A stretch of DNA of 64,000 bases from Eledone cirrhosa (GCA_964016885.1 OZ024745.1:54002001-54066000); one strand, 5' to 3'. Positions 29,561-42,135 are shown, counted from the stretch's first letter. A program made the numbers and translations. Notes: a model not told the origin generated them from the sequence alone.

Positions 29561-29588
29561 TATATCCATTTGTATGCGTATTATTGAT

Positions 29589-29631
<43 letters not shown>

Positions 29632-29633
<2 letters not shown>

Positions 29634-29718
29634 AAGTGTCTTGCTCAAGGACATAACGCATCGCCCGGTCCAGGAATCGAACTCACAACCTCACGATTGC
29701 GAATCCAGTTCTCTAACC
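29632..29718 (-). mobile_element. tRNA-derived SINE head
   Basis: Minus strand has A-box-like GTGGCTGAGTGG and B-box-like GTTCGATTCC, then GTCCTTGAGCAAGACACTT. Confidence 0.7.
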
Positions 29719-29924
29719 ACTCAGCCACACGCCTTCACTTCTACCTGGAGTTGCGACCGATAGATAGTATTAGCTATTTTCCTCGGTCCGATTTGACGAA
29801 AGTCGATCGTTAGGAATATATATATATATTACTCTTTTACTATTTTACCTGTTCCATACATATCCGACTGAGGCCTTGCTGGAGCACCACCGTTGTTGCT
29901 ACACGTTCAATCTCCAGCTTGCGT

Positions 29925-30100
29925 TGGCTGGCCATTGGTGTAAGAGGGAGTTCGTTGCTGCTGCCCTTAAGTTACTTTCATTCCGTGCTGTGGGCTCATC
30001 CGGGATCCTGGATAGCAGAGTGTCAAGATGTTTCTTGAAAACATCCACGTCCACACCATGCAGATCTCTCAGATTTCTTGGCAGCTTGTTGAGGAGTTGA
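29925..30100 (-). mobile_element. CR1/L2-group LINE 3' coding fragment
   Basis: QLLNKLPRNLRDLHGVDVDVFKKHLDTLLSRIPDEP...RAAATNSLLHQ. Confidence 0.7.
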
Positions 30101-30705
30101 TATATATATATATATTTATATTTATGTTTGTATTATTCTCCAGACTCTAGCTATTGACCAGTTAATTTTCTTGATTTTTTAGTTGATTCTATTGACTGAT
30201 GAATAGCTTATGTTAATTTTAGCCCTCCTGTTGAGAACTCTTTCGATTTGTGATGTTTTTGCATTCTTGCAAAAATATACACAACTGAAATCATTCGCCT
30301 GGTATAGGGGTTGCCTCCCTTGCCGTTCCCCACGTGGGGTCAGCAATAGTCAGTCCTTGTATTAACATTGAACTAAAACCTGTTGAGAAAGTGGCTTCCT
30401 TGTTCAATCATCTTACCAGAAGCCTGACATTATTTATGTAAGCGGACAGTACTTGATTTAGGAGCCGCAGAAACCCATATACTGGATTTACCAACCTTCC
30501 AGGGGTCCGGGTAAATTTTCAATACCCGAATTACTTGATCGTTTTTTTTGGCTATGCGAATGATTGTTTAACCATCGTCTCAGTGTGTTTGGCCTTTAAC
30601 GTTTGTTATAGCTCTGGTTCATCTGAATCATTGAGCACTTGCCGCACATCTCGGAGGTTGTTTTTCGTTATTTCGTGGACCGAAATGCGAATCTCGATAA
30701 TTTAT

Positions 30706-30741
<36 letters not shown>

Positions 30742-31801
30742 TAAGAAAAGAGCCATTCTTTAGATGGGACAAAGGAATCAATATTTCCATTGGTAAACCC
30801 ATTGCTCATATTATTTGCCGTTTGTAACTCCTGGTAGACGGAGCGGGTTTTGGACTCAGAACACACAGAACCGTATCAGATACCTTTCGGCCTTTTGATT
30901 AGTACTAAAGTTATCGATCCTGAAAGGATGAAAGACAAAATTCACCTCAGCAACAACTATATACCCCCCACCCCCCATACCACTCATATAGTTCATTTTC
31001 GAAAAAGAAAAAAAAAGAAAAAAAGAAAAGCACAAACTGTGAAAAGGAGTCAATTCAGAATAGCAAAACATTACATAAATAATTTTATGAAATTTTGTTG
31101 AATACGACAAATATATATTATGTAATTTGGCGCTGACCAGCCATTGATGTCGAGTCTGGTCTGTAGTTTTATATTTACCAGGTTCACTTTATTTTTCTCT
31201 TTGGTGAATATAATTGTCCGTTGTATTCTGAATGGACAGATTTAAATATAACAGCGAGTACTATCTATATTTAAATCATTTTCGAAGTGTATCTATCACG
31301 CACACTACTAAACAAACACGAATATAGTTTCTCAAAGTTTCTCAAATATTTTCAGTTGCATATGTATTACGTTGTTTGCGTTTGGAAATATGTATATTCT
31401 ATAGAAATTGAAAGCCGTCGATAATAATGATGCAGCGAAATTATATCGATAGAATTGTTGAACAAAAATAAATAAATAGAAAACCAAATAAACAAAAGAA
31501 AAACAAAAACAAAAAAATTTTCTTTCACATTTTAACGTCAGACAGTTGTTATTTTGAGTAGCCATAAACAAAATGTTCCAGCACCATCTAAATTAAAACG
31601 CATGCTTTGAAGATACTTACATACATATATACATACATACATACATACATACAAGCTACATAATACATATATACGTTCATACATACATAAATACATTTAT
31701 ATACATACATAATGCATACATACATACATACGTTCATACATACTTACATACATACATACATACATACAAACGTACATACATATAACACATAACACACATT
31801 T

Positions 31802-32128
31802 TGTTACGACTCACTTCTACGTAAGTTTAGATGGCCTCTTACCTGAGCTGGGATAAATACCACAATGCCTATAATACGAGGATCTAATGACTCCTACACT
31901 GATAACCTCAGCTAAGTACATAACCTCTGTCTCTCCCGCTCTCCCCCATCTCTCATAATTATGAGCTTTTGCTCATAATAGTGATAGATGGGGGCCCACG
32001 CGCTGGCCACCCCGCGGCCCCGGTGGACAGAATAGAGAAAGTGTTTCCCCGGAGGAAGAAGGAGACGCACTGGATGAGTTATTCCAGCTCGCGAGGCCAA
32101 GTACATAAATGTAAGATTAGTCATAACG
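31802..32128. mobile_element. Possible solo LTR
   Basis: GC-richer island starting TGTTACGACT and ending AGTCATAACG (imperfect terminal inverted repeat); no TSD seen. Confidence 0.35.
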
Positions 32129-32599
32129 TTCTACTTGTATAAAGCATTGAAAATCCGACTAGAAATATATGTGCAGTGAAAAAAAAACAAACAATATATG
32201 TCAACATATATTTGTCTCGTCCACCACTTCTGTAATTTAAGATAGTTTCCTTGCGTCACTTTTCAGCTTATTCGTCTGAACTAACGTTCTATTTACTTGT
32301 TTCTTTCCTACTAACTGTCTCATGTAATTCAACGATTACGCTTCGTCTTATTATTCGTCCTCGGGATGGACCCAGACTATTTCGCCTCGCTATTCGTTCT
32401 TTGCCCTGATTGATTCCAAACAGCCACTGTAATAATTTTCCCACTATCTGGGGGGTATATTCAAGGCGTTTCAGTTACTATCCTTAAAATACAGAAAACT
32501 TGTATTTCCTTTTGATATCTGTGACATACTTAAATGTTCACGCGTGGAACGGATGTCGTGAAATCGGAAATTGCTTGCTTGTTCCGTTTGTACCATCGA

Positions 32600-32686
<87 letters not shown>

Positions 32687-32721
32687 CCCCCCCCACATAT
32701 ATAATATGTATATATATATTT

Positions 32722-33270
32722 TAGGTAATTTCGGTATAATATGCAAAAAATACTGCCTGTTAGTTTTAACTAGGGAGTTATGTGATGTTCATTATAACTG
32801 TAGTGGTAATGGAACCTAGAAGCTGAGTCCGGGTAATATTAATCAGCTGATAGTGAAGCTTATGTGCGAAGTAGAGGATCTGAGAGTTGCTAGCTGAAGG
32901 AGGAGAGTACGTGTATTCCTAGAGTATTTGGGATACCCAAGTTGCACAAGACGCCATATGGATGTAGATTTTTAGCCGGGGCTAGTAGGTACACAAATAG
33001 AGAAGTAGCTATTTCACTTAACGAAGCTTTAGCTGTAGTTAAAGAAGCATTTGATAAATATTGCGGCGCAATTCTTAAAAATGGTAGAATAAATATTAGA
33101 TGAAGTATAGGATTTATTAATGATATTTTGATTAGATTGAATAAAACAATGCACGTATATGATTTACGCACCCTTTACACTAGTTTGGAGTTGAATTTAG
33201 TTAAAAAACAGATGGATATTATAATAGACCTGGCTTGCGGTAATACGTTCAAGTATGTTTCCTTCAAGAA
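32722..33270 (+). mobile_element. Degenerate PLE RT, N-terminal half (Naiad/Neptune-like motifs)
   Basis: GNFGIICKKYCLLVLTREL; IPRVFGIPKLHKTPYGCRFLAGAS; YDLRTLYTSL. Confidence 0.75.
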
Positions 33271-33354
33271 CGACACGGGCCTCTTGTCTTGAGTAAGGTA
33301 CAACGGATTTACTAATTTGCAAACGTTAAGCTCATACAAGAGGTCCGGTTTGTA

Positions 33355-33673
33355 ACTAAAACAGAGAATGTCTGTCTGTCCTCCTAAAACTCAAGAATCA
33401 TCCAACCGATTTTTTCAAACTTTACACATGTAATACTTTTGGTCGTGTGAGTGTTTTGAGCAAAAAATATTTTGAATTTTCAATGCCCTAGGGACCGCAT
33501 TAGGCGCCGGTTAGCGATCTCTCTCTCTTTCTTAGTCTGTCTTTTTAGATAGATACATAGCCATAACCTCGCGGCCTTATAATATCGGTCTGTATGTCTG
33601 GCTGCCTGCATTACGACATTATGAAAACATTGACTTCGCTATCTCTGTGTGTGTGTATATATGTATATATATA

Positions 33674-33767
<94 letters not shown>

Positions 33768-34594
33768 TGTAACGTTTTTCGAAATATTTAATTCTGCGTT
33801 CACAGATTGATTTTTTTAGTTTCAGAAGATCCCGTTAAGGGTGAAAGCAGCGATTCTTTACTTAAACTTTAATCTGTTATTTTAATATATATATATATAT
33901 ATATAAATATAATTATATATTCGTGTACAGATATTTTTGCATACACATTAACAAAATATAAACAAACGTATTTATTTCACGAGGCTCGATAAGGATAAAT
34001 ATATATCAAATATATAAGAACCCTAGAGCAAATACTGTTCTCATTGCTGACGTATTATCTTCGCTATTTTCCGTTCATTGCCAGGGAACGTCTTCCCGAA
34101 CCAAAATACCGTCTTCCTGTTTTCTTTCTTCTGCAACGTTTTTCGAAATATTTACTTCTGCGTTCACAGATTGATTTTTTTTAGTTTCAGAGGATCCCGT
34201 TAAGGGTAGGACTTCTGCATCAATTGGTGAACATACGACGAAACATTGAAAGGAGTAAGACAACACCACTCTCCGCCACTGCAGTCCTACATGCTTACTG
34301 CTCTGTAACTATTGCTTTCATTGTACCATAGCACAACAAATACATGTTCGGTTTGTCGAATGCCTTTTTACTTAACCCTATCGTCTTGGCTTTCGTGGGT
34401 TGAACATTTTACTCTCAGGCACCCAATTAAGTTAAACCCCTGGTCATCTACGACGAATTTTTTTTATAAGCACAAAATGTAGACACCATCCCCAGGCCGA
34501 GGTATTCCGTACTTCTCTGTACTGTTTCAGAAAGGAGGGATAAACATGCCAATCTATGTTTAGAATCCCGAGCAACGCTGGACCATTCTGCTAG
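33355..34594 (+). mobile_element. Non-autonomous Helitron-like element splitting the PLE RT, itself containing (TA)n and a pseudo-LTR-like repeat
   Basis: 5' GAGAATGTCTGTCTGTC..CAACCGATTT..AAACTTTACACA; 3' subterminal hairpin CCCGAGCAACGCTGG followed by terminal CTAG at 34591-34594; lies between the two RT halves. Confidence 0.65.
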
Positions 34595-34605
34595 TAGTAA
34601 ATAAT

Positions 34606-35230
34606 TCGGACATTACATTCGCAGGTCATTGGCATACCAATAGGCAGGAACTGTAGCTCGCTTCTGGCGGATTTATATTTATCCTCCTCTGAGTTTGATT
34701 ATTACGAGGAAGAAAGGAAGCTTAAAAGAATAGGCCTAATTAGTCAGTTGGGTGGATGCTGTAGGTATGTCGATAATATATTTGTCCCTATTTATAGGCA
34801 TTTCGAGGTTTTGCTGCACAAGTTCTATCCGAAAAGTTTAGAAGTGAACAGGAATAGCAAGTTTAATTTTTTAGATGTTGTAATCTAAAGAGGGGGTGAG
34901 ACGATAGTTACAAGTCTACAATAAGACCTAGGACTTTAGCACTTTAGCTTAAGCTGGCTATGATGCCCTTTGAATCTAGCTGTACACCAATATCTTTAGG
35001 ATACAACGTGTTTTCTAGTCAAGTTATACATTATGGTAGGATAAGTAGCTAGATGAATGTTTTTTACGGTGGCAGTGAATAAACTTTTAAAACATATCGT
35101 AGGACAGGGATACCTGGAGATATTTCTGATACGGTAATTTTGTAGGTGCCTTGGCGTTAATAAGGAGAATCTGGGAAAATTTGTGGTTATTTCTAGTTTG
35201 CAGATGAAAGGTACAGGAATTTGAAATTAA
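34606..35230 (+). mobile_element. Degenerate PLE RT, C-terminal half
   Basis: QVIGIPIGRNCSSLLADLYL (GIPMG.N.APLLADL), CRYVDNIF (RYIDD), YPKSLEV, NFLDV, YNKT.DF, GYNVFSSQVIHYGR. Confidence 0.75.
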
Positions 35231-35436
35231 CTTATTCGCATTAAGATAGTAGAAGTTTAGCGTATTTTACAGAAATTCCAAAATATTTTGGGGGACTAGT
35301 TTCAGTTTGCTTTAGAAAGCATATGGCTTTAAATTTAATTCAATTTGACAGGAGTCATATGTACAGGTTGGCGTTTGGTTTAGGGCATTTACTGAGGATA
35401 AGTGGACTAATCGGAACAATAACAGTCTTATTTACA

Positions 35437-35496
<60 letters not shown>

Positions 35497-36317
35497 TATA
35501 TCAATGTTTGTCTACATGTATCTACTCCCCACACCGCAATTTTCTTATTAATACCCTTTACTTTCATTCATCTGCTTCTTCCTTTCTCTTTCATTCTCTG
35601 TCTTCTGTTTTCATTTGCTTGAAATTGGGTTTTTATTATTACTTACTAAAGATAATTCGGATCTTTGCTTTTTGAGCTCGAATCATGCTATTGCCTACTT
35701 TGATTGTAGACTTAATCCGTCGCCCGGTTTAGCACCACCACCTCTCTTTTAAGTAAAAAAATGCAATCTTCTTAATATTAGTAACGCATTCGTAACAAAG
35801 AAAATAGACTCAGATGTACAGTATTTTGCAAGAAGAACAAAGAAATGCGACAATTCATTTCTTTACTGGGACTACAATAATTTAGATAAGTTATGAGAAT
35901 ATTAAAATCTCTAAACATTGACACATCCAGCTGGATAGAAAATCTACATTATTAGTTATAAAGTTATCATCGTTTCTACATCTTCTGCATTTTACTGCAT
36001 TTTTTTTTCAAAGGAATAACCTTAAGAATAGGTTCAGAATACTTTTTATACCGATTTTTATTACTTCCGTTGCAGCTGCTATTTTAATATCTCCTCCAAT
36101 TGTATTTGGCATTCATTTTGTGGGTATGTTAAATGATATATTGTAAGAAGCCTCCATTTCTTCTTTAAATATGAGATGGTGACATCAAAGCTGGACTTCT
36201 TCCAAACACTTAATTTAGTGTCTACAAAAATTGAAAATATGTTTCATTTATCTGAATACATTATCTCAAACTGGTCATTCATCTTATATGTAGGTGCGGA
36301 TGTCAGTATATGTAAGT

Positions 36318-36353
<36 letters not shown>

Positions 36354-36359
36354 TACATA

Positions 36360-36570
36360 AAGGCAGTTTATTTCATGTTAGTCCAGTTCATTCAGCAGTA
36401 GAAATGAGTTGTGACGTCAGTGGTGCCAAGGTGTATCGGTCATTGCCTTTCCCTTGGATACATCGGTGGCGTGGAGAAGTGTGATTGGTATGCATGGGAG
36501 ACTGCTGGTCTTCCACAAAAACACCTTGCCTGAGCTTGTTAGTCAGAGGTTGTAGGTGCAAAACTCATGG
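36360..36570 (+). mobile_element. SINE body fragment
   Basis: TTTCATGTTAGTCCAGTTCATTCAGC.. continues the SINE type seen at 51280-51400; GC-richer island. Confidence 0.4.
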
Positions 36571-36613
36571 ACTCTGTCATTTGTTTTGTTTTGTTATTTT
36601 TGTTATTACTTTT

Positions 36614-36659
<46 letters not shown>

Positions 36660-36664
<5 letters not shown>

Positions 36665-36957
36665 CAATAACAGAGATAGTTTAAAGCTAATCTCTGACTG
36701 GTAACCATCTCACTCAACAAACATTAGGTTATATTTTAATATAAACCCAATTTAAGTGTTTGGGGTGCTAACAATATGTATTATGTGGAAGAGCCAGTTG
36801 TATTATTTTATGAGACATAATTAAAGTTAAAATATATCTCTCTTTCCAAACAATTGTTTAATTATAAGTTTTCTACAAATTCGGAGAATATTTCCAGTTT
36901 ATGTAGAAGCCTAATATACATTCATGTAAGAATATATTTAGGTGGGCGCTTATAAAT

Positions 36958-36962
<5 letters not shown>
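36660..36962 (-). mobile_element. (TA)n-flanked element with degenerate branched-stem-II hammerhead (copy 2)
   Basis: Reverse complement aligns to 39314-39610; core TGATGA...TAAAC-AATT-GTT (C3 lost, GAAA changed to TAAA). Confidence 0.75.
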
Positions 36963-37005
<43 letters not shown>

Positions 37006-37174
37006 ATGTGTGTGTGAGCATATAATTGTATGTATATATATATATGTGAAAGTTCAATTTAAATTGTTAGGATACAACAAGAAAATATTTTTATAACTGA
37101 TATAAAGCACTCAACAAATAATTGGAGAAAAATACGATATTAACAAATGGAAACTATATTTATAAAACCATATT

Positions 37175-37240
37175 TATTTCATTATACATATTTCAAGGAC
37201 ACCAAGTTAAATTATGGTGTGCTTTCATCAGATAAAATAT
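37175..37240 (-). ncRNA. Minimal type I hammerhead motif (left arm)
   Basis: TATTTTAT-CTGATGA-AAGCACACCA..TGGTGTCCTT-GAAA-TATGTATA^ATGAAATA. Confidence 0.75.
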
Positions 37241-37382
37241 AATATAGAGCAGTTTTATGAATAAATATTGACATACCCTTAAAGAATGCAACCATTACTG
37301 TTGGAACTCCCGGATAGTCAACAGTAATGGTTGCATTCTTTAAGGGTATGTCAATACTTATTTATAAAACTGCTCTATATTA

Positions 37383-37447
37383 TATTTTATCTGATGAAAG
37401 CACACCATAATTTAACTTGGTGTCCTTGAAATATGTATAATGCAATA
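37383..37447 (+). ncRNA. Minimal type I hammerhead motif (right arm)
   Basis: CTGATGA 37391-37397, GAAA 37428-37431, predicted cleavage after 37439. Confidence 0.72.
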
Positions 37448-37502
37448 AATATAGTTTTATAAATATAGTTTCCATTTGTTAATATCGTATATATATATAT
37501 AT

Positions 37503-37868
37503 AAAAGAAATAGGATTTCGCTTCAAGCATAGCTTTATACAATATGTATAAATATTTCGTATCTCCAAAGAAATACGGTTTTAGGAAGCCGTAGCTATGC
37601 AAACTCCGGGGGGCTAACGCCCTCTGGTGATGTCCAGCAGAAGCAAGGGGGACAACCGTCTATGCATTTCAGGCTTAACTGGCCTTCGCCAGGACGCTCC
37701 CTCCCACCGCTTGCGACTGCTGGACGAGAAGACAGGCGAGAATATATACTTTTCTCGTTTGTGTAAATGAGGTGATTATTCTCATTTGCATATGAAGCTG
37801 CATAAGTTGGCTCAACTTATAATAAAAAGAAATAGGATTTCGCTTCAAGCATAGCTTTATACAATATG

Positions 37869-37872
<4 letters not shown>
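37503..37872 (+). mobile_element. ~322-bp unit with 47-bp terminal direct repeat inside (TA)n; decayed hammerhead-like core
   Basis: AAAAGAAATAGGATTTCGCTTCAAGCATAGCTTTATACAATATGTAT at 37503 and 37825; internal CTGGTGA-TGTCC..GGAC-AACCGTC. Confidence 0.55.
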
Positions 37873-37903
<31 letters not shown>

Positions 37904-37968
37904 GTGTGTGTGTGTGTGTGTGAGCATATAATTGTATGTATGTATATATACATATATATATATATATT

Positions 37969-38002
<34 letters not shown>

Positions 38003-38003
<1 letters not shown>

Positions 38004-38158
38004 GGTATTTCCCGACGCCGAAGACGCTACGTCCCCTAATTTTGACAACCAAAAAATTGAAAAAACATAATAAACAACCTTCGGCCCTCAGGACGAATGG
38101 TAGATTTTCGAGACTTATTTTAGGAAAACTATAGCGTCTTCGACGCCGGGAAATACGG
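38003..38158. mobile_element. Tc1/mariner (pogo-like) MITE
   Basis: ~27-bp TIRs C.GTATTTCCCG.CG.CGAAGACGCTA; TA on both sides. Confidence 0.8.
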
Positions 38159-38164
38159 TATGTA

Positions 38165-38239
<75 letters not shown>

Positions 38240-38268
38240 GTAAGCTGAGTTTTTCTAATATTAATAAT

Positions 38269-38455
38269 TGTTTCTACTTTTGGCACAAGGCCAGCAATTA
38301 CCCAGTGTATTACTGGTACTTTATTTTATCGACCCCATAAGGATGAAAGGCAAAGTTAACCTCGGCGGGATTTGAACTCAGAATGGCAAGGGCCGTAACT
38401 CTATGCGTCAAAGCATGGCGTCCGACTCTCTACCGATACTGCCTATCCACTGGCA
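38269..38455 (-). mobile_element. Nin/Deu-core tRNA-type SINE with 16-bp TSD
   Basis: Core (reverse complement) GCCTTTCATCCTT..GGGGTCGATAAAATAAAGTACCAG; TSD TTCTAATATTAATAAT at 38253-38268 and 38456-38471. Confidence 0.85.
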
Positions 38456-38599
38456 TTCTAATATTAATAATAACATTCGATTTGTTTGCAATTATGCAAA
38501 CAAGCATCAACTTTATAGGCATGTCAGTAGAATGAACACGTCATTCTTGCTCTTATGTTGGCTTGCGAACAGAACTGCAGACACTAATGTTTCTGGCAG

Positions 38600-38665
38600 G
38601 TGAACAGTGAGGTGAACTGATGAAGGGTGATACCCAGAAACATCAATGTCTGCAGTTCTGTTCGC
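38600..38665 (+). ncRNA. Type I hammerhead motif, GUC cleavage triplet, proximal stem I partly decayed
   Basis: CTGATGA (38617)-AGGGT GAT ACCCA-GAAAC-ATCAAT-GTC^ (38650); distal stem I GTGAACAG/CTGTTCGC. Confidence 0.65.
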
Positions 38666-38820
38666 ATGCCAACATAAGAGCAATAATGAAGTGTTCATTC
38701 TACCGACATGGCTATAAAATTGAGGCTTGTTTGCATAATTGCAAACGAACCGAATGTTATTATTAATATTCGAAAAACTCAGATTACATTTATTGTATTC
38801 AGCCATGTAGAGCGAAATTT

Positions 38821-38915
<95 letters not shown>

Positions 38916-39308
38916 TATTTGCGCAGCAGATATGAAAAAAATTCCCGCTATAAGGTTAGCATTTCTTTGTTTATTTTTTATATATGAATATTGATTGTTC
39001 CTTATATCTCATTCTGTTATTTTGCCCGAGAAAATATCTGTGTGTGTCATCAAATGTTGTACACACACAGATATTTTTTCAATTTCCAATTGAGTTCTTA
39101 GCACGTGGCCTAAATTCCTTTCAGAGTTCATCGTCATGCGCATGTATTGTTCTTTTGGCTGTAATTTACTTCCTCATTTTTTTGAATCAGTTTGAGCACT
39201 TCTTTAGAACTGCTGGACTGGCAACCTGACAGATACCTCAGGCACAGATGATGATTATCGCTAAATACTGATGTTGTTTAGATTATCAATATTAGTATTA
39301 TTGGGGCA

Positions 39309-39435
39309 CCCACTGATGAATTATAGGAGCCCACTTGAATATATATCTATTGATGGTATACAAGCTCCTACATAAATTGATATAATTTCACCCAAATTGT
39401 AGGAATCCTATAATGAAACGAGACGTCCGTCTGGG
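39309..39435 (+). ncRNA. Type I hammerhead with intact core and a branched ~95-nt stem II domain (copy 1)
   Basis: CCCA-CTGATGA-ATTATAGGA[two hairpins]TCCTATAAT-GAAACG-AGACGTC-CGTC^TGGG; predicted cleavage after 39431. Confidence 0.78.
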
Positions 39436-39606
39436 AAGAGATATATTAGATATGTCTCATATGAAATAATACAGCCAATTTTCCACGCAATACTTTTAGT
39501 TAGTACCCCGAACGCATAATTGGGAATATAATCACGTATTTCCTAATGTTTGTTGAGTGAGTTGGAATTTGGCCGGAGTATCGCTAAAAAGCATTCTCCG
39601 ATATTG

Positions 39607-40120
<514 letters not shown>

Positions 40121-40465
40121 TATAAATGTATAGAGAAATAGCTATTAAATCAGCCTTCTTCTCCTCCTCTCTCAATCTTTTATCTGCCTGTCAGCCATGT
40201 CACAATTCTACGTTTCTCTTTACCGACCACTGGTCACTGATTTCTGTCCTTTGTACTATATGTACCCGATTTCCATACTCTCATTGACGGTATTTGGCTG
40301 ATGTAACAGCTGTTCTTGCGTTGTGATTTCAAATTATTTCTATGAATATATATATATATTCATAGAAATAATTATATGTATATATATATATATATAAAAT
40401 ATATAAATATAAATATAAATATATATATATATATTTCGTGAGATTCCGATTCTCTATTATTTATT

Positions 40466-40497
<32 letters not shown>

Positions 40498-40500
<3 letters not shown>

Positions 40501-41151
40501 TGAATCTTCGCTTATCCGGATGGTCAACCCAAACAGTTAGAAAAGATCCGGTTAAGTGAAATATCCGGATAAGTGAATTCTAAAATCCCATTGATACATA
40601 ATGCTCGTGGTTTCTAATGTTTTGGCTTCTTTTAGTCAAAATAAAAGACAAATTCTAAGTAAAGAAAGTTTATTAGAATAACAAAAGAACAGCTAGAATT
40701 TATAAGAAAATTAATTAGACAAACATAAGAATAACTAAAAACTTGGTAAAACTGAATTGAGTCAAACCATAAAAAGTTAGTACTTTTATAAAAATGAATA
40801 AATTGAAGATTGTTTTCGCGCCGAAGCTCGTCGTTCCGCTACCATTTCCACGCAACAGCTGAACGGTCAACCACCTCCCTCATGTTTATCGCACGTAAAA
40901 CTGGAATCATTCCCGTGTCCCCTTTTCCGATCAAATCCCGCAGCAATTGTTTTCTGTAAATCCGCTTTATTGTCTCCAAAACTCCCTAGTCCATTGGCTG
41001 AATAAGTGACGTAACGTTTGCCGGAAGAAATTCTGCCCGAATCTGTCCGTCTGCCGAAATCAAGTCCTTGTCATCCAGAGGTAGTATAGAAATAGCCGTC
41101 CGGTAAATCGAATTTCGGAAAAGCGATATCCGGATAAGCGATGATGCACTG
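40498..41151. mobile_element. Tc1/mariner (Tigger/pogo-like) non-autonomous element
   Basis: 24-bp TIR CAGTG.ATC.TCGCTTATCCGGAT, subterminal ATCCGGATAAG repeats, TA flanks. Confidence 0.85.
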
Positions 41152-41269
41152 TATATATATATGGGTGGGTGTGTGTATTTATGTGTGCGTATTTCTCTCT
41201 TTCATATATATATATAGTTAAAAGAATAGAGGTGTAACACACAAGTTATTATATATTGGTAAACGGAAT

Positions 41270-41633
41270 AGAAAATGCTGACAAATTGTTCACAGTTGAA
41301 CAATGGTTTAATTAGGAATAAAAGAGTATTAGTGATTGTATGGGTTAGTATTCAGTTGTGGTTTTAAGTTTTTAAGTTTTTACCGGTTGCGCATTTCTAA
41401 ATGCTTTTCAAAAATAATTTTGAGATAGAGTGTCCGTGCTGTTTGCTCTGATCAGAGCAAACAGCACGGACACTCTATCTCAAAATTATTTTTGAAAAGC
41501 ATTTAGAAATGCGCAACCGGTAAAAACTTAAAAACTTAAAACCACAACTGAATACTAACCCATACAATCACTAATACTCTTTTATTCCTAATTAAACCAT
41601 TTTTCAACTGTGAACAATTTGACAGCATTTTCT
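41270..41633. repeat. 364-bp spacerless palindrome (182-bp arms, 2 mismatches) abutting the PLE 5' end
   Basis: Centre CTGA|TCAG at 41451/41452; arms compared by eye. Confidence 0.92.
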
Positions 41634-42092
41634 TATTATCATTATTGTTATCTTTTTATTTTTAGTTTTGTTTATAATATAATATATATTTTTGATTGGT
41701 ATATTGAAATCTGCTCTCTATTTCTGCTTGATAGATAATCTTGTAGAGTAATCGCAAGAATAATAATACGCTCAAATTTTTATACCACATTGAGAATGTT
41801 TTCCGGTAATTTAGAGTTTGCAGAGTGAATCAGTTGGATTCACATTGATGTTTGTAGCTGTCACATAAACATGTGAATTTTTAAAACTAAACATAAGATA
41901 ATGAATTTTCACACATTATGGATACTTGTTTCATTCAGGAATACTGATATTTACAATATAGTGTAAGTTTTATAAATACTAATACATTAAAACATAGGGT
42001 TTTCTACGCCTCGAATATGTCTGGCTATTTTTAAATTTTTTTTCTCTCTCTCTATATCTCTCTATATATCTCCCTTACATTAATACTTGAGC

Positions 42093-42135
<43 letters not shown>

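Larger units (their letters stand above)
37045..37490. mobile_element. Inverted pair of PLE pseudo-LTR fragments (same family as the 41.6-46.6 kb element)
   Basis: 172-bp arms 37132-37303 and 37319-37490, 15-nt loop; homologous to 42470-42713; same 3' terminus (AACTTT.ACAT) running into (TA)n. Confidence 0.85.
38235..38826 (+). mobile_element. Fold-back hammerhead element whose left arm is interrupted by a SINE
   Basis: Arms 38235-38268 plus 38456-38596 versus 38634-38792; flanked by (TA)n. Confidence 0.8.

Noticed and set aside
29632-29718. tRNA gene
   Set aside because: A/B boxes are present but there is no complete cloverleaf, and it continues into a SINE body.
40190-40305. Another possible hammerhead on the minus strand (..TCAATGA...GAAAC..)
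   Set aside because: Core and cleavage triplet are too degenerate to support.
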